From a candidate division FCPU426 bacterium (lineage in GTDB: Bacteria; Oederibacteriota; Muellerivitia; Muellerivitales; Muellerivitaceae), in the NCBI GenBank assembly GCA_963796105.1, contig CAWCKJ010000003.1:640001-704000 (forward strand): a stretch of 64,000 nt of DNA, read 5' to 3'. The number at the start of each line of letters is the position of its first letter. Positions within the stretch are counted from its first letter, which is position 1. The position numbers and the translations under genes are program-made. The notes beneath the pieces are model-generated. The model searched no databases. It was given only the letters and a program-made list of their open reading frames with translations, and had not been told where the DNA came from. This document shows, in pieces, positions 11,938 through 21,372 of this stretch.

Positions 11938-12118
11938 AGCCCCACGGGCCAAGCCCGCGGTACCAATATTAACCCACCTTCGCTAAAGCTTCGGTTGGTT
12001 TCCACCCATCTGCTTCTGTGAACATCCACCGTAGCCCAATCCCATTCACCAACGAGCATGGCCTGCGGCTTGCCTTCTATAGCTTTAGCATAGAAGGGAT
12101 ACTCTGGCGAAGGCGGAT
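11938..12118. repeat. Nested-hairpin dispersed repeat, copy 1 (core 12013-12118 shared with 22839-22946)
   Basis: Shared GAACATCCACCGTAGCCC...GGCTTGCC...ATAGCTTTA...GGGATACTCTGGC(G/A)AAGGCGGAT; extra upstream hairpins CCACGGGC-CAA-GCCCGCGG and CCACCTTCGCTAAAGCTTCGGTTGG. Confidence 0.8.
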
Positions 12119-12173
12119 GGAATCAGCGTGTTATCCTCAACAACCAAAAACCCGAAATCGAATTTTCCCTCGG

Positions 12174-14684
12174 TTACTGGATCTTGACGGCCTTGGCTTT
12201 CCAAATTTCATCGCAATATTGCCGGATAGTCCTGTCGCTTGAAAATTTGCCCATCCGGGCCACGTTGAGGATGGCCATCCGGGTCCACATCGCCTGGTTC
12301 AGGTAAAGCTGGGTCACCTTATCCTGGCACTCGACATAAGAGTTAAAGTCAGCCAAAAGAAGGTACTCGTCCACGTTCATCAATGAATCGACGATGGGGT
12401 TGAACAAGCCCGGATTTTCCGGCGAGAAAAATCCGCTGGAAATAAGGTCAAAAACTCCTTTTAGTTCCTGTGACTCCTCATAATAAAACCGGGGCCGGTA
12501 TCCCTCTCTCTTTAATTGGGCCACCTCGTCCGCCTTCAAGCCGAATATGAATATATTCTCATTCCCGACCTCTTCCAAAATCTCGACGTTGGCCCCGTCC
12601 AAAGTGCCGATGGTCAAGGCGCCGTTGAGGGCGAATTTCATGTTTCCGGTTCCCGACGCTTCTTTCCCGGCTGTGGAAATTTGCTCGGAAAGATCAGTCG
12701 CGGGAATGATTTTCTCGGCCGTGGAAACCCGGTAGTTGGGCATGAAAACCACCATGAGCTTTCCCTTGGTTTGGGGGTCCTGGTTCACCACGTCCGCGAT
12801 CGAGTTGATGAATTTAATGATAAGCTTGGCCGCAGCATAGCCTGGCGCGGCCTTCCCCCCGAAAATCACGGTCCTCGGGACAAACGGCGCCTGGGGATTG
12901 GCCTTGATCCTCCGGTAAAGGGTGATGACATGGAGCGCGTTCAATAACTGCCGTTTATACTCGTGGATGCGCTTGACCTGCACGTCAAACATGGATTTCG
13001 GGTCGACCGCCAGCCTTTGTTCAGCCGCGATCAAGCCGGCCAATTTTTCCTTGTTAAGCCTTTTGACTTCCCGCCACTCGAGCTGGAATTTCTCGTCATC
13101 GGCGTATTTTTCGAGTTTTTTGAGCTTATCAAGGTCCGTGATCCAGCCATCCCCGATTTTCGAGGTGATCAGGCGCGCCAAATTCGAGTTGCATTTTCTC
13201 AGCCAGCGGCGCTGCGTGATGCCGTTGGTCTTGTTATTAAAACGCTCCGGGTACAGTTCATAAAAGTCAGGAACCACCTGTGATTTCAACAATTCGGTAT
13301 GAAGGGCGGACACCCCGTTAACCGAGTGGGAACCGATGATCGCCAGGTGGGCCATCCGGATTTGCGGATCATGGCCCTCCTCGAAAATCGACATGCGCCG
13401 CAGTCGCTCCACATCGCCGGGATGCCGGTTGGCAACCTCCCTTAGGAAGCGGGCGTTGATCTCCTGGATGATTTGAAGATGCCTTGGAAAAAGCCGGCCA
13501 AACAGGTTCAAAGGCCATTTTTCCAGGGATTCCGGAAGAAGGGTATGGTTGGTATAGGCAAAGACGGCGCGAGTGATATTCCAGGCTCTTTCCCATTCCA
13601 GGCCCTCCTCGTCCACCAACATCTTCATGAATTCGGCAATCGCGATGGCGGGATGGGTATCGTTCAGCTGGATCGCGGCAACATCAGGGAGAAAATTGAA
13701 ATCAGTGTGTTCCCTTTTAAAACGACGCATGATGTCCTGAATGGAGGCGGAGACGAAGAAATATTGCTGTTTCAAGCGCAATTCCCTCCCCTCCGGGCTG
13801 TTGTCATTGGGATAAAGGACCTTGGAAATGGACTCCGTCTCGGTTTTCTTGGAAGTGGCGGCGTAATAATTGCCTTTGTTGAAGAAATCCAGGTCGAATT
13901 CCTGGGTTGCCTTGGCGGACCACAGCCTCAAGTTGTTCACTGTTTTTTGGCCGTAACCAGGGACGGGTGTGTCATAAGCCATGGCAAGCACATCCTCGGT
14001 ATCGACCCAGTCAAAAGCGAGTTTTCCCGTCCTGCTTAACCGCTGCGCCACTCGGCCCCCGAAACGGATCCGGTAGGTATATTCAGGCCTGGAAATTTCC
14101 CAGGGGTTGACGCTGGAGAGCCACTCATCCGGTTCCTCCACCTGGTAACCCCGCACGATCTTCTGCCGGAAAATCCCGTAATCGTACCGGATGCCATATC
14201 CATAAGCTGGGATTTCCAGGGTCGCCAGCGAGTCCATGAAGCAAGCCGCCAACCGGCCGAGGCCCCCGTTTCCCAGGCCCGCGTCAATTTCCAATTCGCG
14301 TAAATCCTCGAGGGTTAATCCCAAGTCAGCCAAGGCCTTTAGCACACTTCCCTCAGCCTGCAAATTGAGGATGGAGTTCCCCAGCGTCCGCCCAATCAAG
14401 AATTCCAGGGAAAAGTAGTAAACCCTTTTCACCTTTTGGGACCTGTATGTTTTCTGGGTCGCCATCCAATTCTCCACTAAACGTTCCCGGATGGCGTAGG
14501 CCAGGCTCAAGTACCGGTCATAAGGCGTGGCCGTGTCCGGCTCTTTCGCCAAGAGATACTTGAGATTGTTTTGAAAGGAATGGATAAAATCCTCGGGCCG
14601 GGTTCCCAAGAAGGCTTCCCCAATCTGTTGGGATTGACTTGTGTTTGCCGGTTTGGCGGTTTTCACTGCGTTATTTTTTTTCAT
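12174..14684 (-). CDS. glgP: Glycogen/starch phosphorylase
   Basis: DAGLGNGGLGRLAACF, IQLNDTHP, KRIHEYKRQ, EASGTGNMK (PLP lysine). Confidence 0.97.
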   Translation of the reverse strand: MKKNNAVKTAKPANTSQSQQIGEAFLGTRPEDFIHSFQNNLKYLLAKEPDTATPYDRYLSLAYAIRERLVENWMATQKTYRSQKVKRVYYFSLEFLIGRTLGNSILNLQAEGSVLKALADLGLTLEDLRELEIDAGLGNGGLGRLAACFMDSLATLEIPAYGYGIRYDYGIFRQKIVRGYQVEEPDEWLSSVNPWEISRPEYTYRIRFGGRVAQRLSRTGKLAFDWVDTEDVLAMAYDTPVPGYGQKTVNNLRLWSAKATQEFDLDFFNKGNYYAATSKKTETESISKVLYPNDNSPEGRELRLKQQYFFVSASIQDIMRRFKREHTDFNFLPDVAAIQLNDTHPAIAIAEFMKMLVDEEGLEWERAWNITRAVFAYTNHTLLPESLEKWPLNLFGRLFPRHLQIIQEINARFLREVANRHPGDVERLRRMSIFEEGHDPQIRMAHLAIIGSHSVNGVSALHTELLKSQVVPDFYELYPERFNNKTNGITQRRWLRKCNSNLARLITSKIGDGWITDLDKLKKLEKYADDEKFQLEWREVKRLNKEKLAGLIAAEQRLAVDPKSMFDVQVKRIHEYKRQLLNALHVITLYRRIKANPQAPFVPRTVIFGGKAAPGYAAAKLIIKFINSIADVVNQDPQTKGKLMVVFMPNYRVSTAEKIIPATDLSEQISTAGKEASGTGNMKFALNGALTIGTLDGANVEILEEVGNENIFIFGLKADEVAQLKREGYRPRFYYEESQELKGVFDLISSGFFSPENPGLFNPIVDSLMNVDEYLLLADFNSYVECQDKVTQLYLNQAMWTRMAILNVARMGKFSSDRTIRQYCDEIWKAKAVKIQ

Positions 14685-14958
14685 TCTCGTCCTTTACCTC
14701 AAAGTCAGCGTCTATAGCAGGGGCATTCGACACGATCCGTCCCGGGCCATGCATCATTCTCTGATGATTGCTATCCGGGCTCCCCCGAGCCGGCAAAAAT
14801 AAATATCGAATGGCCGTGGCGCCCAATGCCGCCGCGCCGACGGCCAAGGCCAGTGCCATGGCAAAAGGAAGCAAGGCTAAGGCCAATAGGACCAAAACCG
14901 GAATGATCCAGCCAGGTGCCCGGTATGTGTGTATTTGCATTCCCAAGGGAAATGACAC
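14671..14958 (-). CDS. Small membrane protein, hypothetical
   Basis: Hydrophobic hairpin followed by the acidic IDADFEVKDE C-terminus; overlaps the glgP start, suggesting coupling. Confidence 0.6.
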   Translation of the reverse strand: MSFPLGMQIHTYRAPGWIIPVLVLLALALLPFAMALALAVGAAALGATAIRYLFLPARGSPDSNHQRMMHGPGRIVSNAPAIDADFEVKDENEKK

Positions 14959-15048
14959 CTCCAGTAATTCCGAGCATTTTCGTACAGACTCGCATATTTC
15001 TCAATATGAGTTTTTTCCTCAAGGGTTTGTTTTCATTGATATCCTTCC

Positions 15049-15076
15049 TTGATTTGCCCCCCGGAAGTTTTAGAAT
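15049..15076 (+). promoter_or_regulatory. Putative sigma70 promoter for 6S RNA
   Basis: TTGATT-16 bp-TAGAAT, 6 bp before the 6S 5' stem. Confidence 0.5.
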
Positions 15077-15082
15077 AGATGT

Positions 15083-15259
15083 GCCTCTGCGGTGTTCGAG
15101 CTTGGGGCGGGAAATTTTGAGCCACAAAACAAATCAACGGGTTCCCATTTTCCAATCGGGGATAGTCTTCTTCGGAAGCGAATGAACCGCTTGGTCGGGC
15201 GCCCACCTGACTTAGTCAGGCCTCAAAAGAGTACTGTCTCAAACGGCACAGGCGGGGGC
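15083..15259 (+). ncRNA. ssrS: 6S RNA
   Basis: ~177 nt; closing stem GCCTCTGC/GCGGGGGC and GTGTT/GGCAC; 6S-like motifs GCGGTGTTCG, TTGAGCC...GGCCTCAA, GCCCACCTG; U-run after the 3' end; lies between zapA and the 5-FTHF cyclo-ligase gene, the conserved ssrS context. Confidence 0.85.
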
Positions 15260-15327
15260 TTTTTTATTTCCGTTTCTCCCCTGGTTTCCCACTTGTTGCC
15301 CCAGAAATAGGGCCCTATCATACCCCC

Positions 15328-16677
15328 ATGGATTTATTCGATTCCATTCCTGAAGAAAACGACACGGTCCGCCCCCTGGCCCTGCGCATGTCCCCCAGGT
15401 CCCTGGAGGATTTCTTCGGTCAGGAGCATTTGCTGGGGGAAGGCAAGCTTTTGAGGCGCCTGCTGGAAGCCAACCGGATTGTTTCCGTGATCCTGTACGG
15501 CCCCCCGGGAGTGGGCAAAACCGCCTTCGCCCGGCTTGTGGCTCGCAAGACCAAAAGCCGGTTCACGGCCTTGAACGCGGTCACCTCGGGCCTGGCGGAC
15601 CTGAGAAAGCTTTTCGACGAGGCCCAGGAAAACAAGCGCCTCTACCGCCAGTCCACCATCCTTTTCCTCGACGAGATCCACCATTTCAACAAGAACCAGC
15701 AGGACGCCCTGCTCCCCCATCTGGAGCAAGGCACCATCCTACTGATCGGCTCCACGACGCAAAACCCCTTTTTCGCCCTGAACACCGCCCTGCTTTCCCG
15801 GTCCCGGGTCTGCGAGTTCCGGCCCCTGGAGGAAAAAGACCTGGCCCTCATCCTGGAAAGGGCCTTGGCCGATGAGAAAAGGGGCCTGGGCAAATACAAG
15901 GTGGATCTCTCCATGGACGCCAAATCCCACCTCCTGAAAACCGCATCCGGGGACGCCAGGTCCCTTCTGAACGCCCTGGAAGTGGGTGTCTTGACGACCC
16001 CGCCCGACGAAAGCGGCGTGATCCATTTCAACCTGCGTACCGCCGAGGAATCCATCCAGAAACGCATGGTGCAATACGACGGCTCCGGGGACCAGCATTT
16101 CGACACCATTTCCGCCTTCATTAAAAGCATCCGGGGCTCCGATCCCGACGCGGCGCTCTATTGGCTGGCCAAAATGCTTTACGCCGGGGAGGACCCCCGG
16201 TTCATCGCCCGCCGGCTGGTGATTTCCGCGGCGGAGGACGTGGGAAACGCGGACCCGCAAGGACTTTCCGTCGCTGTGGCGGCCCAGCAGGCGTTGGAAT
16301 TCATAGGACTTCCGGAAGGGCGCATTCCCCTGGCCCAAGCCACGGTTTACCTGGCTTGCGCCCCCAAGAGCAACGCTTCCTATATGGGGTTGGAAACAGC
16401 GTCGGAGGACGTCAAGAATGAAACCGTCAAGGAAGTGCCTGTCCACCTGAAGGATGCCCACTATCCTGGGGCGAAAGCCCTGGGCCACGGGGAGGGTTAC
16501 CAATACGCCCACAATTTCCAGGATCATTACGTCCAGCAGGAATACGCCCCCCGCCTACCCCAGTATTATTTCCCCACCAACCTCGGCTTCGAGAATAAGA
16601 TCAAGAACTGGTTGGAACATTTGAAGAATCTGGAGAAGGCCTCCCCTTCCAAGGAAAAATCCGATGAAAACAACTGA
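15328..16677 (+). CDS. rarA: Replication-associated recombination protein A (RarA/MgsA)
   Basis: RPLALRMSP, GPPGVGKT, FLDEIH, ISAFIKSIRGSDPDAALYWLAKM, EDVGNADP. Confidence 0.95.
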   Translation: MDLFDSIPEENDTVRPLALRMSPRSLEDFFGQEHLLGEGKLLRRLLEANRIVSVILYGPPGVGKTAFARLVARKTKSRFTALNAVTSGLADLRKLFDEAQENKRLYRQSTILFLDEIHHFNKNQQDALLPHLEQGTILLIGSTTQNPFFALNTALLSRSRVCEFRPLEEKDLALILERALADEKRGLGKYKVDLSMDAKSHLLKTASGDARSLLNALEVGVLTTPPDESGVIHFNLRTAEESIQKRMVQYDGSGDQHFDTISAFIKSIRGSDPDAALYWLAKMLYAGEDPRFIARRLVISAAEDVGNADPQGLSVAVAAQQALEFIGLPEGRIPLAQATVYLACAPKSNASYMGLETASEDVKNETVKEVPVHLKDAHYPGAKALGHGEGYQYAHNFQDHYVQQEYAPRLPQYYFPTNLGFENKIKNWLEHLKNLEKASPSKEKSDENN

Positions 16678-17263
16678 TTCCCACGATCCCCCCGGGGGGG
16701 ATAAAAACCAGCTCCGGGAAAAATTGACCGCCATTCGCAACGCGGTGGATCAAGATTTGGCTGAAGCGGCTTCTCAGGGTGTATGGACCATCCTGCAGGA
16801 GGTTCCGGAATACCAGAAGGCCCGGGGAATCGGGGCGTTCGCCTCTATTCCCCATGAAATCAACACTTATCCCATCCTGGAGGGAACCCTGGCCGCTGGA
16901 AAAAAGCTTTATCTTCCAAAAGTGATGAAAGACAAATTGCATTTCGAGTTTTACCCAGTGCACGACCTGAAAAACCTGCAACCGGGCCCCTACGGCATCC
17001 TGGAACCCACTGGAAACCAAGCGGCTGATTGGCAGGAATTGGATATGGTGCTAGTCCCGGGATTGGCCTTCGACCGGATGGGGCGCCGTTTGGGTTTTGG
17101 AAAAGGCTATTATGACCGGGCGCTTCCCCTCCTGAAAAGCCATTGCCTTTCCGTGGGACTGGGATATTGCTTCCAGATCGTGGACCAGGTACCAGCTTCG
17201 GAGCACGATGTTCCCGTCAAGGCCATCCTTTGCGAATCAGGCTTCCACCCCTGCTTGAAATGA
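16664..17263 (+). CDS. 5-formyltetrahydrofolate cyclo-ligase
   Basis: GPYGILEP, LVPGLAFDRMGRRLGFGKGYYDR, HDVPV. Confidence 0.93.
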   Translation: MKTTDSHDPPGGDKNQLREKLTAIRNAVDQDLAEAASQGVWTILQEVPEYQKARGIGAFASIPHEINTYPILEGTLAAGKKLYLPKVMKDKLHFEFYPVHDLKNLQPGPYGILEPTGNQAADWQELDMVLVPGLAFDRMGRRLGFGKGYYDRALPLLKSHCLSVGLGYCFQIVDQVPASEHDVPVKAILCESGFHPCLK

Positions 17264-17333
17264 ACCTTGGAACAAAGATAAATAAAATCAGACGTTTTAA
17301 TTCTAAAAGGCGTTAAACAAAACCAAGTCCTTT

Positions 17334-17622
17334 GCCACGGATTCAGGGGATACAGGGGATGGGCAAGAAATTGGATTTCGCATGGTAAATTTTTCGATAG
17401 TGATCTATGGCTCAGCCGCCGGTCGATGGAAAAATTAATTTTTCCACGGTCCGCAGGCAGGGCCATAACGCCCATGGGACGCAATGGCGAAACCATTGCC
17501 ACGATCTAGACCTGTTTAATCCCATGAATCCCATGCATGCCGACCTTCCTATAAGTAATTAAAGAGGTCGGTATCGTACCAATCTTCATATAAGCTTTAT
17601 GGAAGATCGGCACATCCGTGGC
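17334..17622. repeat. Non-autonomous inverted-repeat element (27-bp imperfect IRs with 9-bp sub-repeats) carrying a nested MITE
   Basis: Left arm GCCACGGAT TCAGGGGAT ACAGGGGAT; right arm after removing 17538-17614 reverse-complements to GCCACGGAT GCATGGGAT TCATGGGAT. Confidence 0.7.
17538..17612. mobile_element. 75-bp double-hairpin MITE, copy 1, CA duplication
   Basis: CA|TGCCGACC...GATCGGCA|CA; two palindromes; similar to 32017-32093. Confidence 0.75.
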
Positions 17623-17731
17623 TAGAGTCTGTTTTTTAAAGATGAGTAGGTCGCTTTAACGCGTAATTCGGGTTTGCTTTTAAGGCTTGTTTTCATTAAT
17701 CTCATCCAACGCCTGAGGGAGAAATCATTTC

Positions 17732-18514
17732 ATGAACATTCTGATCATTGGGGACATTATTGGAAAACCCGGCCGTCACGCGGTTCATAACTGCATGGCA
17801 CGGGTCAAAAACGAGTTTTCGGTGGATTTCGTCGTGGCAAACGGCGAAAACCTTTCCAACGGAACCGGAATCCAGCCGGACGCGTTCAAGGGCCTTTTGG
17901 AGTCGGGCGTGGATGTGGTCACCAGCGGCAATCACATTTGGGCGAAAAAGGAAGTCCGTGAAATCCTGGGGAAAGACCCGCGCCTCTTGCGTCCCCATAA
18001 CTATCCCCCCGAAAATCCCGGGACGGGTCTTGGTGTTTACGATTGCAAAGGCACTCCCGTCGCCGTCCTGAACCTCATGGGCCGGGTTTTCATGTATCCC
18101 ATCGACTGCCCCTTCAAATCCGCTGACAGGGCCTTGGATTACCTGCAAGGCAAGGCCAAGGTGATTGTGGTGGATATGCATTGCGAGGCAACCAGCGAGA
18201 AGCGCGCCATGGGGTGGTACTTGAACGGCAGGGTCAGCTCGATGACAGGCACCCATACCCATATCATGACAGCAGATGAGGAAATTCTTTCAGGCGGGAC
18301 AGCTTACCTGACCGATATCGGCATGAGCGGCTCCCCCAACTCCATCATCGGCATGAAGCAGGAACAGGTCATGTCCCGCTTCCTCACGGGGGCCCCCTCC
18401 CGATTCGAGGTATCCGAGTCGCTTCCCTACTTGTTCCAAGCCGTGGTTGTTTCTGTCGATCCAGGAACCGGAAAAGCCACCAAAATCGACCGCATCCGCC
18501 AAGTTGTTAACTGA
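17732..18514 (+). CDS. ymdB: TIGR00282/YmdB-family metallophosphoesterase
   Basis: GDIIGKPG, ANGEN, TSGNH, DMHCEATSEK, GTHTH, TDIGMSG. Confidence 0.93.
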   Translation: MNILIIGDIIGKPGRHAVHNCMARVKNEFSVDFVVANGENLSNGTGIQPDAFKGLLESGVDVVTSGNHIWAKKEVREILGKDPRLLRPHNYPPENPGTGLGVYDCKGTPVAVLNLMGRVFMYPIDCPFKSADRALDYLQGKAKVIVVDMHCEATSEKRAMGWYLNGRVSSMTGTHTHIMTADEEILSGGTAYLTDIGMSGSPNSIIGMKQEQVMSRFLTGAPSRFEVSESLPYLFQAVVVSVDPGTGKATKIDRIRQVVN

Positions 18515-18677
18515 TTAAATCTAAAGCGTCTGGTCAGAACAAATTTAATCAGACTCCATTCTTAATGAGTAACTGGCAAGTCCTCGATAATACTCAGGGA
18601 AGGTCTGTCGAACCATATGCGAACCATTCACATTAGGTTTTTAACCAGTTATTGAAAAGCACTGACTTATTAATATT

Positions 18678-19258
18678 TTAGCTATTGTCTTTTTTAGCTT
18701 TCCTATCCGCGATGGTCTTTAAAATATATGGATCAATTTTGACATTCGGATTGCACTTTTGGACAAAACTAACAATGTTGGTAATGTGTTCTTGGTATTG
18801 CCTCGTAAACATTTTCCCGCCTAAAAACGGGCCTTTATCTTTCATGTCATTCATCCAGGTAATGTCTGAGGAAACCCGGAAAATCACTTTGGTGTCTCTC
18901 CATTTGTAGTACAGTCTTCTTTTCGTAAATGTATTTGTTTCACATCCGTTTTCGTCATAAGTCACTAATGGATAGAAAGTGTGAAAAATTGTAAAAACAA
19001 AAAAATAGCTCCCCCAAAAGTCGCAATATAAACCATGAATGATAGATTTTCTTTCATAACAATCAGGCGATATAAAAATCCCAAAAAACATGCACCCCAC
19101 ATAAGAAACCATCCGGTTCGTAAATAAACTTTATTTTTAAGATTATGTTCATCTTTAGAGTTGGGGATATAGGACGCATTTTTATTTTCTGAGTTTCCCT
19201 GTTTTTCCTCGTTTATATTTTTTTCATAGTCTTCGTCAAGATTAGGTTTTTCAGTCAT
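18678..19258 (-). pseudogene. AT-rich membrane protein gene apparently split by a frameshift (two overlapping ORFs)
   Basis: ORF 19258-18965 (SD GAGG, two TM helices) overlaps a -1 frame open to 18678; T-runs lie in the overlap. Confidence 0.5.
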
Positions 19259-19489
19259 TGACTTTAACCTCTAAAATAATACTTTCCGATGACCTGTGTT
19301 AGTAAAACACATTCCAAAATGCCAATTTATAATACCGTTCCAATTTAATCATTTCCCAAGTTGTACATTGCCCAGTAGCTTCGCGTCTTAAATTATTTTT
19401 AATTCAAAATTGAACAGGGACCTGTCCCGGAAACACCAAAATTATTAAAATCCTGACCGGGCGCTTACATCCAAGCGATTACTACCTGG

Positions 19490-20605
19490 TTATGGAAGCG
19501 TGGTGTTGTTGGGCGAGGCGGGGCTCTGGTAGGAATCCTCCGTATTGCGGGGGACTGGTTTAGGTTTTGGTTTCTTCTTTGGTTTTAGCTGGGCCCTCAG
19601 AATTTTGATGTATTTATTCGCGGCCTTGTTAGACGGGTCCAGGCTCAACGCCTTCTTGTAATAAGCCAGAGCTGTTAGATTGTGCCCAGTTATAGGTTTG
19701 TGGAACTGGTAAATGACCCCCAGGATCGCGTAGGCCTCTGCGTACTTGGCGCGGGCGACTGATTTTTCATGGGTGGACACAGCCAGTTTCAAATTTTTCG
19801 TGGCGGTGAGATAAGCCAAATCCGTGAAAGCCTTCATCCCTTTCTTGTAATACTTCAACATCTTGGAGCCCCCGCCCCCACCCTGATACTCCGCCATGAT
19901 CTCCTCATTCGTCAGTTTCGGTTTCAAGGGCGTTTCAAGCTGGACAGTCACTGCGCCAGAAGATGAAACCACCGGGGCTTGGGTTGGCGTGGGGGTGAAC
20001 ACCGCAGTAACGGAACTCGTCGGGGTAGGGCTTGCGGTGGGTTCAGGCGTGGGTTCCTCCTTCATATTAGGGAAAGACCAGCTGATGCCGAACCGCGCGT
20101 CCAAGTATTGGAAATAATCGCTGGCAGGTTCCATCCAATGGCTCTGGATGGCGATGTCGAGATAAATAGGCGAGACGAATAAGACCTTACTGCCCAAGCC
20201 CATTACATAATCGTATCGTCCATCCCAGCGACCCGGCATATCGGGAGCGGCGTTGATCCCAACCCCTGCCATAAAATAGGGCTGGAAATTCTGCCTCCAG
20301 TTCCCGAACGGAAAGGTCCTGGCCTCGAAATTAAAGGTTTCCGTCACAAAATCGGTGCTGGAATAAAAAGCCGCGTGCTCATAGCTGAATCCAAGCGATA
20401 TATTGCTGCATGGGTTTACTTCACCCAAAGCGCTGAACCCCACACCGTCGGAGTATTGACTTGCAAGGCTCAAAGGCTCGATCGGCATTCCATAGATGCC
20501 GTAAATGGACAGGGAACCGGGGGGAACTTCCCTCGCGCCGGCAAAACCGATAATAGAGAATAGAAACAGAAACGGAAAAAAATATTTATTGAATTTCAAA
20601 TTCAT
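19490..20605 (-). CDS. Secreted outer-membrane beta-barrel + Pro/Thr linker + TPR protein
   Basis: Signal peptide; alternating strands ending LDARFGISWSF; PTPEPTASPTPT linker; TPR-like YAEAYAILGVIY...YYKKALSLDPSN. Confidence 0.7.
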   Translation of the reverse strand: MNLKFNKYFFPFLFLFSIIGFAGAREVPPGSLSIYGIYGMPIEPLSLASQYSDGVGFSALGEVNPCSNISLGFSYEHAAFYSSTDFVTETFNFEARTFPFGNWRQNFQPYFMAGVGINAAPDMPGRWDGRYDYVMGLGSKVLFVSPIYLDIAIQSHWMEPASDYFQYLDARFGISWSFPNMKEEPTPEPTASPTPTSSVTAVFTPTPTQAPVVSSSGAVTVQLETPLKPKLTNEEIMAEYQGGGGGSKMLKYYKKGMKAFTDLAYLTATKNLKLAVSTHEKSVARAKYAEAYAILGVIYQFHKPITGHNLTALAYYKKALSLDPSNKAANKYIKILRAQLKPKKKPKPKPVPRNTEDSYQSPASPNNTTLP

Positions 20606-20618
20606 TCCTTTTCAAGAG

Positions 20619-21287
20619 TTAACGGTATTTTCTGACTTCCTTCAAATGTCTCAAAGCGGTTGGGTTTCCCCTTTCAAACTTCAAGGCGCTTTTATAATAA
20701 CCATAAGCCAAATGGTAATGGCCCTGCACGGGGAAATAAAACTGGTAAATCACGCCCAACATGGCGTTCGCCTCGGCGTAATAAAACTTCCGGGTGTAGG
20801 GATCATGGATTGTAAGTGATTCCTTCAGGTAGCGGATGGCCGCCTCATAATCTTTTCCCGCGTAAGCTTTCATGCCTGCCTCGTAAACATCCCGCATTTT
20901 TAAAATCCCATGGGCTTGAACCGCTAACGGGGCCACTTCCAACGCGGGCTTTTCTTTGGCGGTTGCTTCTGTTTGGTTTTCGTTGGTTTCCTGCTCCTCA
21001 ACAGCCGCGTCCTCATCGGATTTTGATTCCTCGGTACTAATCTCTTTTGTATCCGTGGATTCAGGGACGGGAGTGGGGGTGGCAACGATCGCCTGGGGAG
21101 CGTTTTGGGCCGCCTGCTTGGTTTGCGTGTTGGATGCCTTCGGAGCGGGGGCAGGATTGGTATCGCCCAAATCAATCTCAATATCCGCGAAGGCGCGGGT
21201 GAGGCCGAAAATCATGATGCCCGAAAATAAAATAACCCTAAAGGCCGATATTCTCTTCGTCAGCCCATTCAAGGAAAATGATCCCAA
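20619..21287 (-). CDS. Secreted TPR protein with acidic low-complexity linker
   Basis: Signal peptide (AFA); YEAGMKAY...YAEANAMLGVIYQF...YYKSALKFERGN, paralogous to the C-terminus of the neighbouring gene. Confidence 0.7.
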   Translation of the reverse strand: MGSFSLNGLTKRISAFRVILFSGIMIFGLTRAFADIEIDLGDTNPAPAPKASNTQTKQAAQNAPQAIVATPTPVPESTDTKEISTEESKSDEDAAVEEQETNENQTEATAKEKPALEVAPLAVQAHGILKMRDVYEAGMKAYAGKDYEAAIRYLKESLTIHDPYTRKFYYAEANAMLGVIYQFYFPVQGHYHLAYGYYKSALKFERGNPTALRHLKEVRKYR

Positions 21288-21372
21288 GCACCACCTCCAG
21301 AATTCTCCTAGAAGTTTAACAATTTTTAAGGGGTTTTTTTATTAAAAAACACGGCCTCAGGCCCCCAAAAGC

